Source: Leucoraja erinacea (lineage: Eukaryota). From it: a stretch of DNA of 64,000 bases. The stretch is from NCBI RefSeq assembly GCF_028641065.1, contig NC_073386.1, positions 26,040,001 through 26,104,000 of the forward strand. The letters are read 5' to 3'. Under the pieces are notes generated by a model. That model was given only the letters and a program-made list of their open reading frames with translations, had not been told where the DNA came from and searched no databases. Within the stretch, counting starts at the first letter, position 1; every line of letters begins with the position of its first letter. Of this stretch, positions 48,013 through 60,109 are shown piece after piece. The translations under genes were made by a program, and so were the position numbers.

Positions 48013-51000
48013 ATTTGAGCATTGGGCATTGTGACATCACACGATGGAACGTTCACCATGGGCTGGGGCTCCTGCAAAGGCATATGTAAATGAATCCATT
48101 CCGATTGGACATATGTGAACATTGGGCATTGTGACATCACACAATGGAACGTTCACCAGGGGCTGGGGCTGGTGCTGCTTCTATGGGTGAGAAGCCAGTT
48201 TATTTTTGAAATATTGGGGTGGGGGGGGGAAGGATTTGATTAAAAACGTGTACTTAAACACGACAAAATGTAATGAGGAGCGGATACTTAGAAAGAAAAG
48301 TGAAATCTCTACCGAAATGGAAAAGATGTCGGCGATTCTGCGTCTGGTTTCGGAGTTGCAGTGAATCAAAGGAAGAAATGCAGCCGGCAGCCGTCCATGT
48401 AAATGGATCCATTCCGATTGGACATCTGCGAGCATTGGGCATTGCGATTGGACATCTGCGAGCATTGGGCATTGTGACATCACACGATGGAAATGAATCA
48501 AAAGGCAGAAAGGCCACCGGACGGCAGCCGGTCGGATGGCACGAGAGTTTTATATATTAACTAGACCAAGTGCAGACCCGTTGGGTCTGCTCCCCCAATG
48601 GTGTGATCCTCCAACCCAATATTCCACCATGCACCCATCTCCTCCAACGGAACTGAACCCGTTCCCAAATGTAAGATTTCAGCACTCCTCTGCCTCCCTC
48701 AGCAGTGGATTAAAAAACAATTCCAATTTCACCTCCCTGCCTGCTGCAGCAGTTCCAATTGCAATACCAATTGGCCCTCCCCCTCCTGTTGAAGCACTTG
48801 CTGTGATATCCCATTGAGGTGAAAAGTTCAGAGTGTTCCTGTCTTGCAACTTAGTTTTGAAGTGTGTTGTAAGCTGATAGGAAGGAGCAGCGAATAGAAA
48901 GGCAGCCGGCAGCCGGACGGACGGACGGCAGCGGCAGCCACAGACTTTTATATAATAACCAAGCGGGTCCCGATGGGTCCCGTCCCCTCAACGCGCGGGG
49001 GGGTGGGGGTGGCGGGGAGGCATGCGGCATCACACATACACTAACCACCCCCCACACACACGGGGGGGAGGGAGGGGGAGGGGGGGGAATGGAGGGGGGG
49101 GAGAGAAGAGCGGGGAGGGGGAGGGAGGGGGAGAGAGAGAGAGGGGATAGAGGAGGGGGGATAGAGGAGGGTGGAGAGAGGAGGGGGGGAGAGATCAGGG
49201 GGAAGGATGGTGGTAGGAGGGAGGGAGGGGTTAGAGAAAGGAGAGAGGGGGAGGGGGGGGGGAGAGTGAGTAGAGGAGAGAGGAGGGGGTTAAAAGGGAG
49301 TGGGGAGATGGCGGAAAGGGAGGGTGGGGGGGAGAGGAGAGGGAGAGGAGAGAGAGTAGAGGGGGGGATAGAGGAGGGGGAGGGGGAGAAGAGGAGGGGG
49401 GTGAGAGGTGAAGTGGGGGAGGGGAGGAGGTGAGCCGGGCGAGCGAGGGTGCTGCAAAAAGCGGAAAGAGCCTGGGGAGAGAGAGAGAGAGAGCTCTAGT
49501 CCAGGGCCCGACTCGTAAACAGCTCTCGGGTTCTCTCTGGAAACCCAAGCCGAGGCACGAGCGTACTGCATGTCGCTCTTAGTGACGTCATCACTCGGGC
49601 GCTCCTCGGCATCTCTCGGGTTCTCTCGGGGAAACCGGAGCCGAAGCGCGAGGGCACTGTGTTTTTTCAATCCAGAGCCCTGGGGGCGGACGGCCAGCCA
49701 AGTGCTTGTCGACTGTGAGTCGGGAGGCGTCAAAATGACTGTGAGTTTAGGGGGGGGAGAAGAGGGGAGGGAGGGGAGGGAGAGGAGGAGGAGGAGGTAT
49801 CACACTCAAATTAACCACCCCCCAAACACAGGTGGGGGGAGGGGGGGGGAGGGGAGGGGGAGGGAGGGAGAGGAGGAGGAGGTAACGGGACAGATTTGGA
49901 AGGGAAAGGAGAGCGGGGGGTAGGGGGTGAGAGAGGGGGATGGGGAGAGAGATGTGGGGGGGGGGGGGGGGATGGCGAGGGAGGGGAGGAGGGAGGGGGA
50001 GAGGGGTGGGGGGAGAGAGGGGAAAGAGTGGGAGGGAGAGTGGAGGGGGAGATGTGGAAGAGTGGGGAGGGAGGGGAGGGAGGAGGAGAGGGGTAGGGGG
50101 AGTGATGGAAGAGGGACAGAGGGGTAGGAGGAGGAAGGCGGGGGGGGTGGAGAGAGGGAAGGGGGTGGGGTAGAGAGGGAAGGGGGGGGGGGAGAGAGGG
50201 GATGGGTGGGAGAGGGAGAGGGGTGAGGAGAGGGAAACAGAAATTAAATGCAGTAGTAGGCCATTCGGCCCTTCGAGCCTGCACCACCGTTCAATATGAT
50301 CATGGCTGATCATCCAACTCGGTATCCTGTACCTGCCTTCTCTCCATACCCCCTGATCCCTTTAGCCACAAGGGCCACATCTAACTCCCTCTTAAATATA
50401 GCCAGTGAACTGGCCTCAACTACCTTCTGTGGCAGAGAATTCCAGAGATTTACCACTCTCTGTGTGAAAAATGTTTTTCTCATCTCATCTAAAGAATTTC
50501 CCCCTTATCTTTAAACTGTGACCCCTTGTTCTGGACTTCCCCAACATCTGGAACAATCTTCCTGCATCTAGCCTGTCCAACCCCTTAAGAATTTTGTACG
50601 TTTCTATAAGATCTGCCCTCAATCTTCTAAATTCTAGCGAGTACAAGCCGAGTCTATCTAGTCTTTCTTCATATGAAAGTCCTGACATCCCAGGAATCCG
50701 TCTGGTGAACCTTCTCTGTACTCCCTCTATGGCAAGAATATCTTTGAGCATTGGACATTGTGACATCACACGATGGAATGTTCACCATGGGCTGGGGCTC
50801 CTGCAAAGGCATATGTAAATGAATCCATTCCGATTGGACATCTGTGAACATTGGGCATTGTGACATCACACAATGGAAACCTTCACCAGGGGCTGGGGCT
50901 GGGGCTGCTTCTATGGGTGAGAAGCCAGTTTATTTTTGAAATATTGGGGGGTGGGGGGAGGATTTGATTAAAAACGTGTACTTAAACACGACGAAATGTA

Positions 51001-51901
51001 ATGAGGAGCGGATACTTAGAAAGAAAAGTGAAATCTCTACTGAAATGGAAAAGATGTCGGCGATTCTGCTTCTGGTTTCGGAGTTGCAGTGAATCAAAGG
51101 AAGAAATGCAGCCGGCAGCCATCCATGTAAATGGATCCATTCCAATTGGACATCTGCGAGCATTGGGCATTGCGATTGGACATCTGCGAGCATTGGGCAT
51201 TGTGACATCACACGATGGAAACGAATCAAAAGGAAGAAAGGCAGCCGGACGGCAGCCGGTCGGATGGGACAAGAGTTTTATATATTAACTAGACCAAGTG
51301 CAGACCCGTTGGGTCTGCTCCCCCAATGGTGTGATCCCCCAACCCAATATTCCACCATGCACCCATTTCCTCCAATGGAACTGAAGCCGTTCTCAAAAGT
51401 AAGATTCCAGCACTGCCCTGCCTCCCTCAGCAGTGGATTAAAAAACAAATCCAATGGCACCTTCTCTGCCTGCTGCAGCAGTGAAAAGTTCAGAGTGTTC
51501 CTGTCTTGCAACTTTGTTTCGAAGTGTGTTGGAAGCTGGCATGTAAATGGAGAAGCCAGTTTCTTTTTGAAATACTTGGGGGTGGGGGGGGGGGGGGGGA
51601 GAAGGATTTGATTAAAAACGTGTACTTCAACACGACAAAATGAAATGAGGAGCGGATACTTAGAAAGAAAAGCGAAATCTCTACCGAAATGGAAAATATC
51701 TCGGAGATTGAGCGTCTGGATTGGGCGTGGCAATGAATCAAAGGAAGAAATGCAGCCGGCAGCCGTACATGCAAATGAATCCATTCCGATTGGACATCTG
51801 CGAGCATCGGCCATTCCGATTGGACATCTGCGAGGATCGGGCACGAATCGAAAGGCAGGAAGGGCGCCGGACGGCAGTCGGTCGGATGGCCCCAGAGTTT
51901 T

Positions 51902-51950
<49 letters not shown>
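51902..51950 (+). repeat. (GATA)n microsatellite
   Basis: ~12 perfect units at the Helitron-like 5' end. Confidence 0.95.
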
Positions 51951-51954
51951 GAAG

Positions 51955-53097
51955 CAGGGGCGGAAATCCCGGGGGGGGGGGGGGGGGGGCAGGGGGTGGG
52001 GACCTCCCCCCCCCCCCCCCATTTATTGTAATCAGGATTTTAAAACCCGGTGAAATCTCCGCTTTCCGCGATACAGTGGGGGTGGGACTAATGATCGAAG
52101 GCACCGATTGGACGAGAGACGTCGCTCAGCTGGCAGTTGGGGGGGGGGGGGACCATGATGATTCAGCGCGATCATTGGAGGAGGGAGAAGTCCCTGGAGC
52201 CAAGATCATAGAGCGGAGCTTGAATTTCTTGCCTGGGTCGTAGGTCACAAGCGAAAAACACTCTCCCTGGACACAGACCTGCACCTCATCCGCAGCCAGG
52301 ATCGATCCCGGGTCTCTGGTGCTGCAATCGTTGTCGAACCACCACTGGACCATCCCCGTCCCCACCCAAATGCCCCCATGCCTGGAGGTGGCCAGAGACG
52401 TCGGGAGTCAGATGGAAGGGGGAATGCCCCCAGGCCCAGAGAGGCAGCGCTAAATCCAGCTCAACTCTGCCTGTTAACTCTCCAGCCCTACCTGGACTTA
52501 CGGAAACGACAGCCCAGGTTTACGGCCAGCGCAGAGAAGCAGCGCTAGCTCCACTGCTCTGGACTGCTGCCCCGTCAGTCCAGGCAGGGCTGTAAGTTAA
52601 CCCGGCGAGACAGGCAGAGTTGAGCTGGATTTAGCGCTGCTTCTCTGCGCTGGCTGTGGGCCTGGGGGCGCCGCTCCCGTCTGATGTTAGGATTATTTAA
52701 AACTCCAAACATTAAGTCACACAGTTGGGTTTTAAATAAGTTAGAGTCATGGAGATCATAGAGTGGAGCTTGAATTGGCCCGATCGTGGTGTTTTTCACC
52801 GCCCAGCCTGGCACAGCCGGGAACTTCCATCGCCCAGCGGTCAAATTGCTGCGTCGAAGCGATCGAGGCTCCCGATGTTGAACCCCCCACCGGGGGATCG
52901 AAGGCCCCATGATTTGGGGCGGTCGAACCTGCTGTTGCTGGAGTTCGGAGTCGGTCACCAACCAGGTCAGCTCCCGATGTTACGTTCAAAGCAAAGATAC
53001 TAGATAGAGCCCACGCCCGAAGCCTCACTTGTGTGCACACGTGCGGCCGCCAAGGAATTGTGTCCCCCCCATGTTTTGGCAGCGATTTCCGTGCCTG
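51955..53097. mobile_element. hAT-like non-autonomous element
   Basis: Ends CAGGGGCGGAAAT / ATTTCCGTGCCTG with G/C-tract subtermini; TSD not preserved. Confidence 0.5.
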
Positions 53098-53869
53098 AAG
53101 GCAAGCACGGGTTACTGATTGTGGATGATCAGCCATGGTCACAATGAATAGGAATGTTGCAAAATTTTAAGATTTAAAAAATCAAGCCTCTAATTTATCC
53201 CATCAGATAAAGCACAAAAATAACTTTAATTTGATACCTAATTCACTTTCATATATTCAGTATTAAAAAGGTTATGGTAATTTTCATACTCGGAAATTAG
53301 CTTCTTGTTTTTCCATTAACTTAACACAAAAGTTGTGATCGAGGACAGTCAATTGACATAAAAGCCCATAACTTTCTTTAAAAATAAGAGATCTTAATGA
53401 AATTTTCAGTTATTATAGATTGAAACATTCTGAAACAAATATGATACATCTTACTTGGATGACCTGAAATTAAAGCATATAATTAGTTAGTTACCTAATT
53501 GTAGCTAATTACAAAATTGACCAGTGTGACGGAAATAGTAATAAACACCCAGACTGCCTTGAAAATTCAAAAATGTGATATTCTCAAGATCAGAACTTTA
53601 ATATTATTGTAACGTTAAAATAAATAGTAAATACCCAACAAAAAATTCATGTTCACCAGTGTATTTATTATTAAGAGTGAATCTAAATTCAAATACTAGA
53701 TCTAAACATATATCCCATTCTTAAGAAAAGGTTACAAAAAAATTTAAATAGCCAAATTTAAAAAAATAAACAATAACACAAAATATAGATGAGTTAGATG
53801 TTCTTATGACATGATTGTGCAATAAAATAATGAATTAGGTTATCTTGAGTGTGGATTGTGATAGATCGT

Positions 53870-54185
53870 AATGTTGGGGAAATCCAGAACCAGGGGTCAC
53901 AGTTTAAGAATAAGGGGTAAGCCATTTAGAATGGAGACAAGGAAACGCTTTTTCTCACAGAGAGTGGTTAGTCTGTGGAATTCTCTGCCTCGGAGGGCGG
54001 TGGCAGGTTCTCTGGATGCTTTCAAGAGGGAGCTAGATAGGGCTCTTAAAAATAGCGGAGTCGGGATATGGGGAGAACGCAGGAACGGGGTACTGATTGG
54101 GGATGATCAGCCATGATCACATTGAATGGCGGTGCTGGCTCGAAGGGCCGAATGGCCTACTCCTGCACCTATTGTCTATTGTCCA
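53870..54185 (+). mobile_element. CR1 LINE 3' fragment
   Basis: MLGKSRTRGHSLRIRGKPF; (CTATTGT)n tail. Confidence 0.85.
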
Positions 54186-54418
54186 TTGGCACACCAAGTG
54201 ATGATACTCAAGCTCGCCTTTGCTCACTGGGTTCCTTGTTCGTCAGCTACCTGTCAGGTCACCAGGCTCGTGTGCTGAATTATCGAAGTTTGTGAGTTTT
54301 GGCTTATTTGATTAACTTACCTTTGCATTTGAGTCCAGTCTTTCTCCTCCAGGTGCTTATCAAAAATTTATTACCTCCGCCTTAAAAATATTCACAGACT
54401 GCTCTGAGGAGAACAGTA

Positions 54419-54952
54419 TCATAGAAACATAGAAACATAGAAAATAGGTGCAGGAGTAGGCCATTCGGCCCTTCGAGCATGCACCGCCATTCAATATGAT
54501 CATGGCTGATCATCAAACTCAGTACCCTGTACCTGCTTTCTCTCCATACCCTCTGATCCCTTTAGCCACAAGGGCATCATCTAACTCCCTCTTAAATATA
54601 GCCAATGAACTGGCCTCAACTACCTTCTGTGGCAGAGAATTCCAGAGATTCAACGCTCTCTGTGTAAAAAATGGTTTTCTCATCTCAGTCCTATAAGATT
54701 TCCCATTTATCCTTAAACTGTGACCCCTTGTTCTGGACTTCCCCAACATCGGGAACAATCTCCCTGCATCTAGCCTATCCAACCCCTTAAGAATTTTGTA
54801 AGTTTCTATAAGATTCCCCCCTTAATCTTCTAAATTCTAGCAAGTACAAGCCAAATCTATCCAGTCTTTCTTCATATGAAAGTCCTGACATCCCAGGAAT
54901 CAGTCTGGTGAACCTTCTCTGTACTCCCCCTCTGGCAATGTACTCCCTCTAT
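54419..54952 (-). mobile_element. CR1 LINE 3' fragment
   Basis: DRLDAGRLFPMLGKSRTRGHSL...; (ACATAGAA)n tail. Confidence 0.85.
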
Positions 54953-56448
54953 GTATCAAACACTCATGTCCTCCTGGGAGAGGAAATTGCCTTTGTTTCC
55001 ATCTTAAATGAGTGACCCTAGTTCTGGATTCCCCCACTGGATGAAACAACTCCTCCACAGGATTATGTGCATTTCAAACGTCCCCTCAGTGATTAGCAAT
55101 GATTTGAATCGACTGCCAGAAATGTGGTGGGTACAGATTAGTTATTTCATGCTCTATTTCATGTGAGAAATTGATGAGGTATTAACAACTTTTCCATTGT
55201 AAAATCTGTAGTGAATTCTTTTTTAAAACTTCTATTCATATATTTGGAGACAACTCTCTTGCTCCTTGGAATTTGGATGATGTGGATGAATCAAATATAT
55301 GATGCCATTACATTGCATAAAAGTCTCAGATAAATTCAAAGTGAGCTGTGGTCCATTGTCAAAGAATAAGCAACTGCGTTTGAGTTACAATAGACTTGTT
55401 TGAAACAAGTTTAATCTGTATTTGTGTTTTGTATCTGGTGGTACTTGTGTAGGTTGATCCAAGGAATCGGCGAACACATGGAATCTATGATTAAATGTAT
55501 ACAAGTGTCTTACTGTTAGATGAACTAAAGCACACTTCTACGTTTGAAAACTTAGTGCCCTGTAGATGTTATTGTGGTTAAAGCTAACCAGAAGAATTAC
55601 ATAAATGAGGTATATTCTCTTTCTGACTACAGTATAGCATTGTAGGCATCAAAGCGGATCAGTTTGTTTCCTGGTGGGATTCAGGCCAGGGATAGCTTAA
55701 ATTTAAAGTAGGATTCCTCTTTGGCTTTGCCCATTATTTCCAGAGCTGGAATGTTTGCACTAATGACCGTAGCACACTGATTCCAAGTCACACTGAGTTA
55801 GAGGGTCGTGAGAAGGTTCACTATTCCACCAGCCCAATCCCTAGAAGTAGGCATTCCCCTGGTATTCCATTTAAAAAAATCTGATCACGTCAGATCCATC
55901 ATGTTAATTTGCAGCTGATATCAATGTTAAATCAATGTCGATTCCCAGGTTCAAATATTGGTGCAGTAGTCGGGGCATTTGCCATTGGTATTTCTACAAG
56001 AGTTATTGTTGGTGCATGGAATGGAACTTGCTTAAACGTTCAGAGTATTAAGGACTTCTTCCATTGCGCAATGCCACTCCTGGGCAATCAAGATCCACAA
56101 TGAGACTGGAGAATGTGGAAAAGGCTGGCTACTCATGAATTCACACCACCTCTAGCATGACAGCATAGCTGTACAGCTGATTGAGGAGAAGAGGGTTCGG
56201 ACCAAAATCTCCAATTCATCATTGAGTTCATGGTGCATGTCAGCAATAATCGCTATTCTCCTGTATATTTTGGGAACATGGACAACTACAGCATGTCAAA
56301 GCACTGAAAAGATATCAGAATCACTTTGTCCACACAATCTTCCAATGTCAGTATCCTCCTTCCTCCCCCCCCCAACATCCCTGGCACCAGGACTGTGATC
56401 GTATTTAACCAGTTCCTGAGCGGCTAAATCAACGCACTTTGATGGGTG

Positions 56449-57523
56449 TTTAAGAAGGAACTGCAGATGCTGGAAAATCGAAGGTAGACAAAAGTGCTGG
56501 AGAAGGAAATAGGCAACGTTTCGGGCCGAAACCCTTCTTCAGACTGATGTAGGGTGGGGGCGGGAAGAAGAAAGGAAGAGGAGGAGCCAGAGGGCTGATG
56601 GAGAGCTGAGAAGGGGAGGAGATGGTGAGGGCTACCTGACATTGGAGAAGTCAATGTTTATGCCGCTGGGGTGCAGACTGCCCAAGCGAAATATGAGGTG
56701 CTGTTCCTCCAATTTCCGGTGGTCCTCACTCTGGCCATGGAGGAGGCCCAGGACAGAAAGGTCGGACTCGGAATGGGAGGGGGAGTTGAAGTGCTGAGCC
56801 ACCGGGAGATCAGGTTGGCTATTGCGGACTGAGCGGAGGTGTTCGGCGAAGCGATCTTGGTCTCACCGATGTAGATCAGCTGACATCTAGAGCAGCAGAT
56901 GCAATAGATGAGGTTGGAGGAGGTGCAGGTGAACCTCTTTCGCACCTGGGACGACCGCTTGGGTCCTTGTATGGAGTCCAGGGGGGTGGTAAAGCGACAA
57001 GTGTAGCATCTCTTGAGGTTGCAAGGGAAAGTGCCCGGGGAGTGGGTGGTACGGGTGGGAAGGGACAAATTTACCAGGGAGTTATGGAGGGAGCGTTCTT
57101 TGCGCAAAGCAGACGGGGGATGAGATGGGAAAATGTGGCGAGTGGTGGGGTCACGTTGGAGGTGGTGAAAATGACGCAGTACTATTTGTTGTATGTGACG
57201 GCTAGTAGGGTGGAAGGTGAGGACTGGGGACTCCGCCCTTGTTACGAGTGGGGGGGATGGGGAGAGAGTGCAGTGTTACGGGGTATGGAAGAAACCCTGG
57301 TGAGAGCCTCATCTATAGTAGGGGAGGGGAACCCCCGTTCCCTGAAGAATGAGGACATCTCCAGTGCCCTGATGTGAAACACCTCATCCTGGGAGCAGAG
57401 CGGCTTAGACGGAGGAATTGGGAGTAGGGGATGGAGTCCTTACAGGAAGCAGGGTGGGAAGAAGTGTAGTCTAGATAGCCATGGGAGCCAGTGGGTTTAT
57501 AGTGGATGTCGGTCAGAAGTCTT
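56449..57523 (-). mobile_element. 5'-truncated Penelope-like element with 12-bp TSD
   Basis: TDIHYKPTGSHGYLDYTSSHP and FTCTSSNLIYCICCSRCQLIYIGETK (GIY-YIG). CTTTGATGGGTG at 56437-56448 and 57524-57535. Hammerhead-like motif at ~56515-56543. Confidence 0.9.
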
Positions 57524-58578
57524 CTTTGATGGGTGCTGGATTCCAAACCAATTGAGAGAACATGAAATATGTTGTCCTCAAAGAAATCATTCATATCCTT
57601 CGTGGAGGGGAATCTATTTTGACATGCCTAAATGTGACTTCAGGGTTCCAGGTATGTGTCTGACTCTGGGTTGTCTTGATAGTGTCCCAAGAAAAAGCTT
57701 AAAAGAAATATAGAGGTGATATACATCCATGTAATGTTAATGTGGAGATGAATAACTCTGCCCTAAGCACTAATGTAATACTTTTAGACAAAAATGTTGC
57801 ATTAATTGTATCGCACTGCATGATCTCCATCTGATAGTCTTCACTGGAGAGACAAGAGACAGCAGATGCTGGAGTCGGGTCTGCTGCCTGATAACTTTGA
57901 GTTTCTCCAACAGGTTAATATTTTGTTAGTCTTCACTAATTGTAAACTTCAATGAATAATCTAAAATGCTCGCTCAGTTTTTCAGCATCTCAAACAAGTT
58001 GATTTTAATATTTTAATTTTAAATATTTCATTATATCATGGCTGGCACCAGATATCAGTAATTGTGTGAATTTTAATTTAATTGCAGTCCTCTGAATCCA
58101 AATACAAAATATTTTACATTTCACAACAACATTTTAATCATAACCAGAATTTTCAACTTTATACAATTGTCAATGCAGATTGTATTATTGGTAATTGCAA
58201 TTTTAACTGGTCATTTCTGAAGTGGGTATTGATTATTTTTGTGAGTAATGTTCATTGCCCTTTATCTCCCAAAATAATTGAACAATTTGAAAGATTTTAT
58301 AATCTATGGCTATAACGATGCTATCCTTCTAAGATCTGAACTACGTATTCATTCATAACTTCAGCGTCAATTTATTTTAAATATTTCATTTTATAATAAT
58401 TAGCACCAGGTATCAGTGGTCATTATGGATTATAATTTCGTCACAGACCTCAAATACAAAATGACATTACATTTCACAACAACATTTTAATCATTACCAG
58501 AACTTTCAATTAGACATAATGGTCACTGTAGATTATATTATTGGTAATTTGGGTTATTTTTTAATGTCTTTTGAGCAG

Positions 58579-58683
58579 GTCACCTGAAACAGACTTAAAA
58601 ACATCGCTGGATGAATGTATAGCAGCATTGGATTTATTTCTAAGCAACAGATTTGAAGATGCTTTGACCAAGCTCCATTCAAA
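58579..58683 (+). CDS. TTC39A: TTC39A coding exon: SPETDLKTSLDECIAALDLFLSNRFEDALTKLHS
   Basis: gagcag/gtgagt, 105 nt, phase 2/2; matches TTC39A [24 protein letters not shown]. Position downstream of EPS15 on the same strand favours A over paralogue B. Confidence 0.88.
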
Positions 58684-59304
58684 GTGAGTAATGAGTAACA
58701 TTTGACTCTGATCAGATTAATGAACTGAATTGTTTTGTTAGAGAACATTTAATGTTTCATCTATCATCTGATGTGCACTGCCTCATTTGCGATATAATGT
58801 CATTACATGTACCAGGAAAACTATAACGGCACCTTTGTACATGTGTCTGAAGGCAATTTTCACAAGATATAGCATAACACAGTTTGAAACCAAGGAACAA
58901 AAAGAAAACTCAGAATATCTATTTCATTGCAGACCTCAAATACAAAATAACATTACATTTCACAGCAACATTTTAATCATAACCAGAATTATTAATTAGT
59001 TACAATTGTCTATGCAGATTATACTAATAGCAATTTCAACAATTTGACCAATGAGGTAGGTTTAAGGAGCATAGTAAGGAAAATAAGAAAGATACACAGG
59101 TCTGGTAGGACATTACAGAGCTCAGGGCCCAGGTACATGAAGGTTCAGCTACCAACATTGGTGAGGCGTGAGAGGACATCATTGCACATATGCACTTCTT
59201 TTAGGCTGGAATAATTTACAGAGATGTAAAGAGTTTGAAATTGAAGATTAGATATTGAAAATGGAGGCCCAATAATAATTAGCTAATGGGAGTCAATTTA
59301 TATG

Positions 59305-59497
59305 TAAGAAGGAATCGAGATGCTGGTTTAAACCGAAGATACACACAAAAAGTTTGAGTAACTCAGTGGGACAGGCAGCATGTCTGGAGAGAAGGAATGG
59401 GACTGAAGAAGGGTCTCGACCCAAAACATCACCCATTCCTTCTCTCCAGAGATGCTGCCTGTCCTGCTGAGTTACTCCAGCATTTTGTATCTATCTT
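59305..59497. mobile_element. Fold-back Penelope terminal fragments with a central hammerhead-like motif
   Basis: Inverted arms around CTGAAGAAGGGTCTCGACCCAAAAC (59403-59427); GTCAATTT near both flanks. Confidence 0.75.
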
Positions 59498-60109
59498 ATG
59501 TCAATTTCTGTCAGTCTACGCTTAGATGAAGAAACAAGGAACTGCCGATGCAGGTCAACAACAAAGGACACAAGGTGCTGGAGTAACTCAGCAGGTTACT
59601 CTGGAGAACATGGTTAGGTTTACAAAAAAAGACACAAAGGGTTAGAATAATCGTGTGAATTCTAATTTAATTGTAGTCCTCTGAATTCAAATACAAAATA
59701 TGTTACATTTCACAACAGGTCAGGCAGCATCTCTGAAAACAAGTTAACAGAGGTTGTCACAATGTTGCATTCCTAAGATCTGAATAATACATTGGTTTGT
59801 AACTTCAGTGTCTCCAAGGGTAGTCTGAATATGTGTTATGTGGGGCTTGGCGTGTGCAGTGACAGGTGGTTTATTTTATAGCATTGGAATTATAGAGCAT
59901 TTGTTATTAAATTCATATGTTTCAATCAATATTATTTATCTACACATAATGGAAACAATCAAAAAACATAATGGTTCCCTTTCTTCCCGTTCTTCCTTGC
60001 CAGAGTAAATGTGATCAATCTTAGATCATGTAGCAATTTAACAAATCAAGTCTGCAATTTATCCCATCAGATAAAGCATAAAAATAAGCTGCTCCATTCT
60101 CTCAGCATA

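Larger units (their letters stand above)
45473..51951 (-). mobile_element. Tandem array of non-autonomous Helitron-like units with CR1 and purine-rich cargo
   Basis: Minus-strand 3' ends GCAGACCC-AAC-GGGTCTGC-ACTTGGT-CTAG|T at 48561 and 51289, a variant at 45473 and a degenerate one at ~48955. 5' end TCTC(TATC)nTATAAAACTC at ~51951. Internal junctions read CTAG-TTAATATATAAAACTC. Confidence 0.75.

Noticed and set aside
45436-50313. Long Pro/Ser/Leu-rich and Gly/Glu/Arg-rich ORFs (up to 326 aa)
   Set aside because: Artefacts of stop-poor purine/pyrimidine tracts fused to CR1 3' UTR sequence.
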